This document shows, one piece after another, positions 51,225-64,000 of a stretch of DNA of 64,000 nucleotides (its first letter is position 1; every line of letters begins with the position of its first letter). Position numbers and translations under genes: made by a program. The notes beneath the pieces were generated by a model. The model searched no databases and was not told where the DNA came from. It saw nothing but the letters and a program-made list of their open reading frames with translations. The stretch is from Ruditapes philippinarum (Eukaryota), in assembly GCF_026571515.1 (NCBI RefSeq), contig NW_026857573.1:124001-188000 (forward strand), given 5' to 3'.

Positions 51225-53948
51225 TTTTATTTCTAGGAATAAATTTTTAATATGAACATGGACTTTTTCTTGATTAAACATGAAACATCAAACGTCCGTT
51301 TCTTGGCTTTTGCATTATCTGAATAGTGTTCAATCAACAGAAGGGGTTTTTAGTCAGGGAATCGTAGTTTCTGTTTTGTGTTTCAGAAATATGAACTAGT
51401 TCATACTATTTAACTGTTACCGACGGTTTTGTTAATCATATTTTTGGTGCGTTATTGCTCTCAATAAAGTCATCACAATAATGCCATAATGAGTTAACAC
51501 CTATAAAATTATATAAAGGGTTAACCCGTTTCTGCACTAAGGTAACGAAATGTGCTTGACATATTTTTCTTCCATTTTTGCTTCTACTTTTTACAAACAG
51601 CAGGATTATGTTCCCAATTTTCTTTATTTCACTTTTTAAAGAGCGTCGGTATTGGCAGATTATTTTTCAAACATGAAAAACGTGATTTGTTTTAATCTTT
51701 TATAGAATATTGGTCATGCACGGAACAGTCTTCTGCAGAGGACATATTGATACAGATGGACGCACCAATAATGCACAATCTATGTTGCTGCTATTGAATA
51801 CAAAGTTCTTTCTTGATATATTTGCGATGTTTGATTTGAATTGTTCCAACATTAAAATGCAATTTTCAAATTAACAGTTTAACCATTATTTCAAATCTCC
51901 GATCTAGCTTTCTGTTCCAGCAAAAATTCACAAATTTAAAAGGACACACAATTTATATTGTTTTCTATGACGACAAACCTGTTGTCTTGTTATTGTCTAC
52001 ACTGTTTGTTATTTAGTCAATACGTATTTGGAAAATTGTCCAATAGTTGATGAATGGTATTGTCCAAATAAAAAGAAGGATAAAATAGAGTAAAATAAAA
52101 TCCAAGGACTTCCAAAAACTGTAAAGTTGAAAATGTTGCAGGCTCGATTTGACTGAGCCAGTTAAGTGTAAACAACCATCACCTCCACCCCCGACTTTAA
52201 GCAGAATTTAACAATTAACATTTTTTTCAAGATTTCGAAATAAATTTCACGTCAACTTTCTGTCATTTCTGAAATGTTATTTAATTTCAATAAAACTTAT
52301 TACTGTTTATGTTTATATGTATATCATTTTTGCATTTTTTTTTAAAACCGATTAACCAATTACAATTTTCAAAGCCAAATTTAATTTTTCCAATTTTTCA
52401 TTCCACTGTCCTTCAATTATATGCGACTGTTTTTCAAAAATTAAAAAGTCTCTACATGGAAACGGGTGTTTTAAGATTACATTTTTTGCAAAGTCTGATT
52501 TATCAACACGAAAAGAAATAAAATTCCAGGTTAGTTTATTTTTCAGATTACTTTAACATATATAAAATGATAAAATCAGGATTTACATGAATAATGCATT
52601 ATTCTGATTACCTTAACCTATAGAAAAATAATACAAATCAGGAATTTCATATTTCTAAAAGATTACTATTAATATGTTATCAGGTAAAAGAAATAACACC
52701 GCTAAATCACTCTGGTACCCGAGGGATTTATACCAACGTTGTGAATATTTCAATGCATTAACACATGTCTGTGAAAGCCAAACGTGAAATTTAATCAAGA
52801 GGCTAATGGATCGATTAATCAAATCAATCATTTTATGGATATTATAATAGCAATACAAAATATTTGTGTTTTGCTTGACAATTAAAACATGGAAGGTAAA
52901 ATGAGTGTGACTTGATCTGCTGCTGGTAATGTCTTTCTAAGGTAACACGTTAAAGTGTTTATATGGGAACACGTGAATAAGGTGTAAATTACAATACATT
53001 TACTTTCAGTTAATTAAAACGGACCCACTTTGCTTAGAAAGTTTCATTCCGATATATGTATAACCACGCGTATCAAAAAATTGCCAAAAACATTACCAGA
53101 GGACAATAATCCCACCTGAGAAGAAAATAAAATAAATTATATACACGTGTCCGTTTACATATTACGATAGGATGCTTAAATAAATAGTAAGTTTCCAGCT
53201 CATACAAGTACTGTTACGTTTTGATAGGATGATCAAGTATTTAGTAAAAGTAAATAAAATAGAAAAAAATTGATAGCGATCAGAAAACCTAGTGATCATG
53301 GACAACCATATGATTTCAGTTGTATAGTTCTATTACAATTAGCCTGTTTCCATGGAAATTATCAAATTTATGGTTGGGAAATATTTATATATTTTGAAAT
53401 GTTTCCGTTTGAAAAGCTATGTATTGTCCACAGTTTATATATGTATACATACATGTATATAATAAGATAACTTATAGGTCCGATGGGCAGGGTGTTTTTG
53501 TATGTATTCTTATCAAGTATATATATTTGATATAAACTATGCTACTATAATAAACAATTTACTTACTTATTTATACATAATATATGTTCATATGTGTAAA
53601 TTATACATGTCTAAATACACATAGCGTACGCACAGAAATGGTTTTGTAGAAAAACTAAAACACAAAACATAATATGTTAACATAAGAAGTGCATAAAGAT
53701 TTTAGTAGCTTTGCTTAATTATTCTTTACGATAAATATATTTCTCAGTATCACGTAAGTTTTGTTGACTTTCTTTCTTTCTAAATATTGGAAATAAAAAA
53801 GGTTTACAAGTTATTTATGTGTTAAAATGAACACATGTTTAATATTCAATTATTTGTGAAAAATGTAGCCACTATCTTGAAGCGTACAATTACATAAAAG
53901 CACGTTTTCATTGCAAAACATTTGCATGGTCAAAATGCCATTTGTTTA

Positions 53949-54918
53949 CTAAAATGTCAAAACTTTGGTTAATTTGAGATATATTATTGGAAGTATAATA
54001 GAGTTTGAGTACCCTATCCAAGAAACAAGCAACCACATGTAGGTTGGTACCCTGTAAGATGTTAGAGGATCTGTAAAAGTAATAATGTAGAAAGGGAGCC
54101 AGCAGAAAATATACGAATATGATAAACAAAAGTATTATGCGCGCCAATTTTGTCCCAAAATGCCTCCTGTTAAAACTACGTCTTTTCGTGTTGATTTGTA
54201 CAAGTTTATGAAACATTTGTTCCCGTTTTTTAACAGATGACTTTGTACATGCATTGCAAATCAAAATGAACGCTGTCGGTACAATATAACATATACCTGT
54301 TGTTGCAAAGGCGTATGGCTTATTTAAAATAAATTGGCACATTTTTGTTCGTTGAAATAAACATTCCATTTGTTGTTCAATCCCTTTGAGATGAAACTTC
54401 GGAAGAATAAAACAAAAAGACAAAATAACTGGAATTATCCAACATCCGATGAATAGAATCGTATTGAACTTCCGGTTTAACCAGTAACATCGTCTAAAAG
54501 GTCGACATATTGAAAGATATGCTTCGAAAACCAACATGGAAATGTGAAATATAGAGCTTGTGCGGGTCATGACATCAAAACTGTTGCCGACATCACATAG
54601 TAAGAGCTTTAATTGGTCACGAACGTGTATCTTAACAGAAATTAATCCAAATAACTTGACCGGAAGTACGAAAACTCCGGTGAATGTGTTACAGATCATC
54701 AACGAACATAGAAACAACCGGGTGTTAGCTTTTAATTTCGGTGCACGTACAGTGTACGCTAATGTTATAATATTTATAGATATATCAACTACAGGAACGA
54801 ATGCTAAACAATATCCAATCACTTGCCCTGCTAAATAACTGTAACCCCAAGTTGGCGTCGTACATTCTACCTGGTTTGAGGAGACATTCCCACTGAGTAA
54901 TGAAAAGTTCATCACCAT
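53949..54918 (-). CDS. Second 5-HT4-like atypical GPCR (inverted paralog of 20102-21070) with a +1 frameshift in TM6 near 54125
   Basis: Close paralog including the upstream flank. DRY is EAY. Correcting one base in a T-rich stretch restores CWLPFY..W.GYSNSIILPIIYLKLTKVLTF* (stop 53949-53951). Confidence 0.82.
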
Positions 54919-56755
54919 ATAGAAATACTGTCAACAATTTACACTATAAAACGGTAGCTGTATTTCAAATGAAACTAAATTTATCACTTTACACATGATA
55001 CTTCCTTTCTCCTCCCCACCTCTTTGTTGCAAAAATACATGACTGTTTATATCTGTACAATAATTTTCAGAAATTATCTTGTCAACGTATATAACACCCT
55101 GGCTCTAAAGTCAATGGCTCTATGTATTCATCGGGAAACAACTGCTGAGATCACATGATCCAATATAAGATATACCCAGCCAGTCCGCACAATGTAATTT
55201 TATACAGCATTAATTACCACTGGTTTAATGGCATTCTATTCAATTAAATATTTAAGCAAACTATTTTAAGTCTTGTATGTAGTCTACCTTGATTTTTGAA
55301 TATTTTTATGACCGATCGAATATAGCATTTATCAATGCATTATATTTGAAACCAGAGAAATTAAATTCGCATTGAAAATAAGCTATTGGCAATTTTGCTC
55401 GGACACAGGTTGCGTATTGCAGCATTTATAACAAGATTAATATCAATCATTTATGGATTTAAAACCGGTATACTAACTTTGTAATAATAGTGTTGAACAT
55501 TTGCCGACATGCTTTCATTGGAATTTGACAAATCGTAAAAGTTACCTAGCTAAACGGTTACTATAGGGTTTTTTTTCATATTTCCCCCAACCCAAAAAAA
55601 GGGCCCGCGATATGACAAAAACAGGTGAATTTTCCCATTTATGGCACAAAAAAATTTATCTCAAATGCAATTTAAGCTTTTTTTTCCCACCCTTTTCTTT
55701 TAAGACCGTTCAAAAACAGATTCTAGTTGTTTTGAACAAATTTCAACAGAAAAAAGTAAAATTTTGTTTAAAATTTAAAAATGTTAAAAAACCCTCTTCA
55801 TATTTATTAATGAAATTCCTATTTTTTATTTTAAGGTTAACTACGATAAATTCTGAAAAAAGGTCTTAATTTAAAGGGGTTTTAAGTCTTGGGGTTTAAA
55901 ACACGCAGCAAAGGGGAGAAGAAAGAAAAAAAACGCCATCCAAAAAATGGAATTTTTTGTCAGCAGTTGGGGTTCAAAGGACAGGGAAAACAAAAAAAAC
56001 CCGATGATTTTAGACTGGTTGTCTAGCGGCACTAACGAAAGGAGAAATATGACATTAGATCGTCTGAATATGCAATAGGTTGTTAAAAGTCAGCTGGTGT
56101 TTTGACCTTTTTTCGCCTTGCAAAAAAGCAAGGTAAGACATGACGTTTTACCGCTGTTTCAGTGTCGTTTTTGTATTTTCTGATCGTAAGATCAGTAAAT
56201 ACATAGCTAACATCCACGGTCTAACACAAAATATCCTAACAGTCCTAACAACGCAAAGTAGTTCTCACTCAAAACTGCTTAAAAACCAGCAATTTAAAAG
56301 AAAGAATAATTTTTAATGTAGGCATTTAACGAATTACAGTGCATTAAAAGTTTAGAAAGGCCTATAGAAATATGAGGTTACAATCACAAATTTCGCGGAT
56401 GAAATATCTTTTTTTATCCAATGAAAAATGTTCGGCTATTTCCGTAAAGCTTCGGATTATCATGAATATCATTTTAATCAATGAAAATGCTATTTTTAGC
56501 TATGTCGATTAATGAATACTCCAGAGCGTAGTACACAAATAAATCTGACTGCCGAGTATATATTAAGCGGAATATATACATGTCGGACTGTTTTGGCGAG
56601 AATATTTTCGCTAAATTATTTTCATCAGTGTTAAACAACAGGTTTATCGTGAACAAAATACCTCGAAATTAATAAGGATTGCAAACACGAAATGGAAATT
56701 CTCAATTTAGAATTACATAATGTATTCGTTTTTTATTCAAGGTACATATGTATTA

Positions 56756-56829
56756 CTTCGCCGTGGTGCAGAGATAAGCGGTCTCGTTGAGAGTGTGAGA
56801 GGCCTATGGTTCAAATCCTAGTCGGGGCA
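56756..56829 (+). other. tRNA-like sequence (pseudo-tRNA or SINE head)
   Basis: A-box-like GTGGTGCAGAGATAAGC and B-box GGTTCAAATCC. Acceptor and anticodon stems pair poorly. Confidence 0.5.
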
Positions 56830-58294
56830 ATTCTATTTTTTTTCATGCAAAATTCCATATGTATCAATCTCAAACTGTTATAGAAGAAAAATCAAAAAAC
56901 GCTGTCGCTGCGTAAGATGAATTATATAGTATATATAAAATAAAACTTATATAGGAAAGTACATACAGATAGTCAGTATGATTTAGATTACAAAAGATCA
57001 GAAAATACCATAGAGCTGAAGCCCTTTGATTCGTATTAGCATTTCGGTCTTGTTGCCTTCTTGAATTTGAACAAGTCACGCGATAAAACACAAAAAAGTC
57101 AATTTGGTCCTCGTGACAAAAGTGATATAAATAAGCCACGATAGTTTTTACAACGTTATATTTTCCGCAGATTGCAGATATGGGACTTGAATATTACACA
57201 ATATTTTTATACACACCAGATTTTCTAAAATTTAAGGCTCTGTGTTTGGCATACAAAGTTTAAAAAATGTGGAAATGATTTACTAAATGACGCGTTCGGC
57301 CAGTAAGCCTTTAGTTGTCGTGGTAAAAAAACCCTCCCATGTGTTTATTTTTCTATGATTGAGAAATGCTAAATATACTGCATGTGTATGTGTAAAGGGA
57401 CTAGAGCTGCTGAAATCCGTTTATTTTGTAGTTTCCAAGATTTTATTTTATCGACCGCACTATTCAATGTATCTCTTGCATGCTCGAGTGATATTATTAT
57501 AAAATTTTGTAGTTAAAGATATACATATGTACCTGAATTGGGAAAAGGGGTAAAAATGGCAAAAAAGACACATTTTTTTTCAATTTTTTTAAAATTTTAC
57601 GGTTATAAATATGAAACATTAAATTAAATTTTATATAAAAATATATAAACTTTTCATATACATTTTAAAATTCTAAAAAAATATTTCTTTATTTTAAATC
57701 AAAGGAAAGGGGGTAGCGGCTTCTGTTTTTTGCTGAGTGGTGACAATACAACAGAGAACCCTGAAAAAAGGGTTTTTTTTTAATTTAAAACCCCTTTAAT
57801 TTTGAAAAAAACAAAACACTTTTGTAAAGCATCATTCTTCATTTTTTTTTAAATTCTTTTTAAGCAAACAAACCCAAATTTAAAAAATTTACCAATCTCT
57901 GGCCCCAAAACCCCTTGCGACAAAAAGCCCTGCCCTTAGGGGGAAAAATTAAAAATTTAGTAGTGAATCCTATTTAAAAAAGATGACCTATCCCAAATAT
58001 GTCATAATGCATTTTCTTGTGTATTATAATGGTTTATTATTATATTCATGCTACACGTTTTATATTCAATCATATAGGGGCAATATAATTAGAAATATTG
58101 ACTTAAAATATACTTAAAATATCGATTTCAATTTTTCTTTTGTCTATAACAATAGTCAATCAAGCACCGAAAACATATATACAAGTAGGTAATTGAATAT
58201 ATCGTAGGCTTGTTAAATGTAAAGGATATTTCAAAACTACATGTATTAATGACGCTTTGAACATTTATTAATATGTAAGTATAAACGTGCAAAA

Positions 58295-61200
58295 ATGGCA
58301 ACAATTAGCCGGAAAGGACCTAAACGAACGGAATTTGAAATAATGGATACAACATTCAGTCCAACTGGAAAAGAAACACTTGAACCAAAAGAGAGTCAGT
58401 TCAATATTACGAGTAATAATCACAATATGAATAACGCAGACAAAGCTAAATCAGGGGATATTTCAATGTTGAACACTAGAAATCCAACACCATCTAGCGA
58501 AACAATAACTCCTGAGCGGATCCGCCCAGTCGACTGTGATGCTTGTCATTTAACTAAGGATGTAGACACGGTAATGTTTTGCAAGAAATGCAAACAGAAG
58601 CTATGTGATTCTTGTCTGGAAATTCATAATCGCATTGGAGGGACCAGGACTCACTGTAAATCAATTGAAAAATGTGTAAGTAGATTGATTTCAACAACAA
58701 TAAATAGAATGCACGTAGCAGCTAAATGAAATATTTAAAACAAATTGTTGCAACAAAAATCGTATTTTTCAAAAGCACAATATATTTGTAAAACAGAACT
58801 CAGCTTTAAAATATATATTTTTAAGAAACATTGCTTAAACCATCGGGGAACCCAGATTTTCTTTCAGCGTAAAAATATAAAACTGGTTTTATGTAACACA
58901 TCTATTTGAAGGAAAAACCCTGTAAATTTGCAAATGGCTATAGAGAGAAGAGGAATGCTAATGGTTCAACTATGGTATGCTTTATTTGAAAAAGTTTCAT
59001 TTTATTTTTATTTATTTATTTATTCAGTGGCCAGAGGGAGAAATTCTTAACAAGTCGGTTATAAATAGACTCATGCAAGAGCGAGAAGTAGATATAGAAC
59101 AATTATCTACAGACCTATCCAACGAGCTTGGTTTGCAAGTGAGTCTCTTATATGATACAGATAATCTTGAAATACGGGCACCGTCTGGTGACGTTCTTGA
59201 ACTGGCTATTGACACAGTAATCGCGGGTACAAAACCAGTCACGAAAAGAGTCAGTTATGGTTTGATAGAGTGGACGCTTCAAGGTTTTCATGCCATATGC
59301 TATAACAAAACTACTTAAAAGGCAACTTGAAACTTTGATTGACACATATGACTTGAGCGTCTTGAAAAAACATAATTCTGAAACAGCAGTGCAGCCAGTT
59401 ACATCTCTCGAGAAGAAGTGACAAGTCTAATTTTGATAAAAAATACAGCTTCCGAAGTAGAACCGCATTTTGGTTTCAACGCAAACATAGAATTAACTAT
59501 AGCATCAAGTTTTGACAACTATTATGCCGTTAATTGTGAAATCGAGGGATTTAAAGACGAGGTGGAAACCCTTAGAAAAGCTGAAGTATTTCGACCGAAA
59601 CATGATGAATTCCGAATGAAGCTGTATGTACTAATGAAAGAAAATAATGATGACGTATTATGTCACATGGAAAAGACAGACAGCGTTTTGAAGCTTGTAA
59701 TACAAGGGACTGACGACAAAACTGTGAACAACGTGAAACAGGAATTCCTCAGTTTGTTCTGTAAAGGTAAACTTTATAATTATAACAATATTACAACTTT
59801 GTTTTAAAGAAATATGACGAATTTCCGGATATTTACAACATAGCAGAAAATAAAAAACAGTAATGTCCGAACAATCGATTGGTAAAAGTCTTAAACTGTG
59901 AGCAAAAGCCGCTTTACAGATAAAAATTTGATTACCAATTTGATTTTATTCTTGAATATATTCTATCCTCTTGTGGCTCAAGGGTTGCCTTTACAGATTT
60001 AGGCATCAGAATAGCAGCCACCGTTCATACATGCGTCATCGTCAGGAGAGACTAAATGGGTTCGAATATTGGAGTCTATGTACCTCTTATCTCCAGCAGG
60101 TGAGGTGTTTTTGATCTCTGGTGTTGCTTTGTAACACCCGAGATTAGCTGAAATCATCAAATTCCTATTTCGGCGCCATATGACCTAAACTGTGTTGGTG
60201 CGCCGTAACAACAAACAAAAGTAAGTGATTAAGTAAGTATATTCTCCTGTATGAGGAAGCTGTTGAAATATTAACACAAATATGTTTGTACTAAACACCA
60301 TGTTGCCAACCTAACAGTAACATTTTTTTTCCTGGTCAGTGCAACAAATTACGTTCATTATCATATCAACTAAGCCGCAATGAAATTGAACGATATTTCT
60401 GTACATTATATCATTTGGGAAAGTCAGCTGCATCCAATATATCGATTAAACTAATACTAATGATTGTTGATTAAGTGACAATTTCATACTACCATATAAT
60501 ATCGCATTTATTATTCATTACTCAATAACCAGATGTAGCGCAAAACATTTTAGCTTAATAATGCAAATTCAATCGATGATTACCAAGCAATCTAATATCA
60601 TGCAATTATTAACATCATTTTAACGCTTCATTTAGAATGTTCATCGTGTAAAAGAGATTCAACACGACCAATCTTTCTAGAATGTAAGCATGTACTATGT
60701 CAACATTGCGTAACAAAATCAGCTTCACGAAATGACGGATTACGATGCCCAATATGTTCAGACACAACCAGGGAGAAAACGCCGGTAACTTCGTTAAAAC
60801 TACGGTGTATGCAAGTTATAGATAGTCATCTGATGGAAAATACACAAACCAGCACAAGTAGACCATTCGGTATTGTCAGAAAACAGGTATTTTTAGTAAT
60901 CTTTGGTAAAATAATGAATAATGTAAGTTTGATCTGCCTACTATTTTAACAAATCATACATTCCTTAATGACTTGACGATTTTAAGTTCAGCGTCTAAAG
61001 TTCTACCAGTTACCCGATTATTGTCATTTAGTAACACATTAATACACTTGAATCGTTTGTAAAACGGTGAAATGCAAATACCAGGCTTTATTCAATCGTT
61101 TGGCCACCATTTTCTGTATAAATAAGTTTCTATCTTTAACTGAACTGCCTCCTGGAAAGCTGTTTAAAGAACTTCATCTTAATCCTGTTATATTTTTCCA

Positions 61201-62263
61201 GCACCTTTTGTTGTTTTCTATGGACAGGCCGGTCAAATCAAACTGTGTTTGCCATAATCACCTGTGTATTTCTGTTTTCATTCAAAACGAAAAATATCAT
61301 TTCCCATAATGTTTGTTAATAATAGGTTTAAATTGTGCAATCAACCAGCATTAGAAAAGGAAATTTAATTATTACATGCATGCAAAGTTTCGCACTATTC
61401 CATATGTAGTTGCAATTGATAAGATTTGCGATATTTAGGAAAAATCGGATTTGAATATGATGTTTGACCATCCGTTCTATCACTGGTTTGTTAACAGTAT
61501 CATTTTCCATACTTTGTTATTTTGATCACAAATTTTGCAATATCAAGTACATATTAAATAGCAATATAAATATACAACAGATACCGTACATTATTTTATT
61601 CAGAGCTCTCTCAGAATACCTCATGTATCGGTGAAGATTCCAAAGTACCTGCTACAGAAATGGAAGAAACTGACCGGAGGGAAATCTCGCCTGAAGAGCG
61701 TGATCGAAAACACATATGGATTAAAAGTAGCTGGCGTTGATGATAACATGAAGATATACGGTCAACAACAAGAAATTCTCGATTTGGCTGTACAAAGCCT
61801 TGAGAAACTGAACGAGAAGACGCCCGACATTGGAATTACACAAAGACTCGTTGAGAAAAATGTGGAATGGAGACTTAGAGGAGAACATGCAAGAATTGCT
61901 TACTTTTTATTCAACAAGGAGTTGTATGATTTAAGGAGGAAGTTTAAAACAGTAACAATACGTGCGTTCACCGAGTCAGAACCGATGATCGTCGACGTCA
62001 GGTGTGGATATGAGGAATTTCTAAAAGTCAAGTATGAAATGGAAGAGCTGGAAAATGATATAAAGAACCTTCACACTGACGAATATGTACAACCAAAGAA
62101 TTTTTACCATAATGTTAAGATAAAAGAGTACTTGCACAGTAAACGTAGAGATGAACAGGTTCATTGCAATCTAGTTGACAAGAATAACGTGAATGCAGTC
62201 GTATTCCGTGGGCGGAAAAAAGAATTTATCGTAGCTGCAAAGGAGCAGCTAATGAAGTGGTGA
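58295..62263 (+). CDS. Second copy of the B-box/KH-like/RING gene, with three +1 indels in exon 2 (errors or pseudogenisation)
   Basis: Exons 58295-58675, 59028-59766, 60636-60886 and 61604-62263. Splice sites are intact. Indels near 59294, 59400 and 59440. Confidence 0.8.
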
Positions 62264-62545
62264 CAACCCCGTACAAATGAAGAGAGAGAAAAACATACAA
62301 AAATGCATCTGTAAACCTCAAATAAGTCATAATTGGGCTATTTTTACATTTCCTGATAAACATCGAATACATAGGTATTAATCATTTACCGTTCTTTGTC
62401 TGAGTTTGCCCTAAAATGTATGCAGTTCTTGACAAATGTTAGTGTGAAAATGTTTTCATCTATATATCATAACATGGTAAGAAAAAACACCTTCGTGTGA
62501 TAATCACCAACTTTATTGAAATTATAACCATTCCCAATGGCAAAC

Positions 62546-62848
62546 TCAAATAATTTTTGTGGCAATGGTTCCGATATTTTCAATAGCAACTTCGACAACA
62601 TCCCCAATCTGGAAATAAAATATGAAAAAGTGAATGATTCCAAAACGTGTACATTGCTATAATATACATATATTAGCTTAAAGACCACTTAGCAGTGAGT
62701 CGATAGACTGTAACTTAAATTAGAATTTGTGAATTTTTTTTCAACACAGTTAAAATGGTAAATCGGTGATTCTGATGGTGTTCTGCAATAACCAACACCT
62801 GGTGGGAAGTCAGTTAAAAACAAATCTCCCGGTTTCAGCGTTATAAAC
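62546..62848 (-). pseudogene. FAHD2: Last two exons of a third FAHD2-like copy, damaged
   Basis: TGSPPG->TDFPPG, and a short deletion at ~62767 removes the exon-6 splice donor (AAG|GTATGT) present in copy 1. Confidence 0.75.
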
Positions 62849-63308
62849 CTTAAAGATAACCACATTCTTTGTATCAATATAAATCAATTTTATTCAAAAA
62901 TACTTTTAATTGACCGCTTTGGATCGCTTATCTTTGCTTCATTGTTAGAAATGGTCATTATTCATCAAAGCAGAGTCATTTTTGTCAATAAAACTTTATC
63001 AATAAAAAATTAATGAAGGTATGACAGGGAATGCAACATGCCAATTTTCAAAGCATTTTGTATTGTATTATCTAAATATCAGATGTTTACTCATTTCCCC
63101 TGTACTAGAATGTAAGTGATCTAGAGGCAAGTTTTATTTTATCATATTTTGTAGAGGTCTACTTGGCGATATCACATATCGAATATGTATACTCTTGAAA
63201 TTGTAGTTCCACAGCAGAAGACCTAAATCTGTTATCTGTAATAAGCCTATTGTCAAAGTAACCACTTACTATAAGATGGGACCTGTTTTGTTCAAGTGTA
63301 TGATTTAT

Positions 63309-64000
63309 TGGCGTCCGCGCCGAAGCGCGACGCCCCTTATGAAATGAAATAAGATTTTGTGAAAGGGCAATTGCAACTTCTCGGGCCTTTTCGTCTGTCA
63401 TAAAAGCCGATCATTCCGATTTGTATTATGGTGTTTGATTATCAAAAATGAAATGTCGCGATATGTACAATGAATAGCGAACTGGAGAAGTTCGCAATGC
63501 AAACATATTCAAATGAAATTATCTTATCCGTCAAAACATCGCGCTCCTCGTTCTTTTTTTTTTCATTAATCATGTAGGATATTATGTATGTTACTGCTGT
63601 ACCTATAAATAGAATGATGACCTTAACATTGTGAAAGTCCGAAAATCTATTTATAGAAGTAGTTTTAGTTAAACGAAATGGTCAATCGTGTCGCGTTATG
63701 ATAATAAATAACGAACTGGAGAATTTTGCAGCAAATGAAATGCTATATTCAAACAATTAATTGCACTCTGAAAAACTTTAAGTAGGTCATTTTTATTAAT
63801 TGTTATATATGAAATTCTATCAAATAACCAATAATAATGATACAAAATACCCCCTATATAATATAAATAAACTTATAATATGTAGGGGGTATATCTTGGA
63901 TATATAGACCTGTATATTTTTTTGATATTATCGTTAATATTGATAGAATTTTAATTTCCTGTGGGAAAAAAATGATATTGTAATCCCTAGCAATGCCTAC
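63309..64000. mobile_element. Inserted element starting with a GC-rich hairpin (Helentron/Helitron-like non-autonomous element, partial)
   Basis: Homology to copy 1 stops abruptly at a TT and is followed by GGCGTC(C)GCGC-CGAA-GCGCGACGCC. Internal repeat gaactggagaa at ~63478 and ~63713. Confidence 0.45.

Larger units (their letters stand above)
54886..63308 (+). repeat. Segmental duplication, copy 2 (partner 1-9023)
   Basis: See copy 1. This copy lacks the LINE and has an ~0.85-kb extra block at ~56180-57035. Confidence 0.95.

Noticed and set aside
56756-56829. Functional tRNA gene
   Set aside because: The acceptor and anticodon stems do not pair properly and the D-loop GG is missing.
59280-59445. 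Programmed or compensating frameshifts in RING gene copy 2 (and in GPCR copy 2 and the Ngaro pol)
   Set aside because: These are single-base insertions, mostly in homopolymers, in an assembly with evident indel noise. Errors are the simpler explanation.

Overview
AT-rich, intron-containing animal genomic DNA. The SINE, MITE and Helentron-type repeats suggest a bivalve mollusc, which is my inference. Most real genes here are multi-exon and are invisible or fragmented in the ORF track, so I assembled them by hand from GT-AG sites and checked exon phases. Left to right: (1) the 5' tip of a GPCR; (2) a 5'-truncated LINE with an 8-bp target-site duplication (TSD); (3) a 4-exon B-box/KH-like/RING gene; (4) an intact 7-exon FAHD2-like gene and its pseudogene paralog; (5) an intronless 5-HT4-like GPCR that keeps the amine-binding Asp but lacks the D2.50, R3.50 and N7.49 activation residues; (6) five related small secreted-protein genes (three intact 4-exon genes, one with a single stop, one 2-exon relic) resembling a stand-alone meteorin/METRNL N-terminal CUB-like domain; (7) a structurally complete Ngaro-type tyrosine-recombinase (YR) retrotransposon with gag, RT-RNase H, YR, SGNH hydrolase and A1..B1A2..B2 split repeats, inserted between one of these genes and its TATA box; (8) a second, inverted GPCR copy; (9) a second copy of the first ~9 kb, about 54-55 kb downstream. 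Several stretches show long-read homopolymer noise, so single-base frameshifts are treated cautiously. Family assignments come from motif recognition, not database searches.
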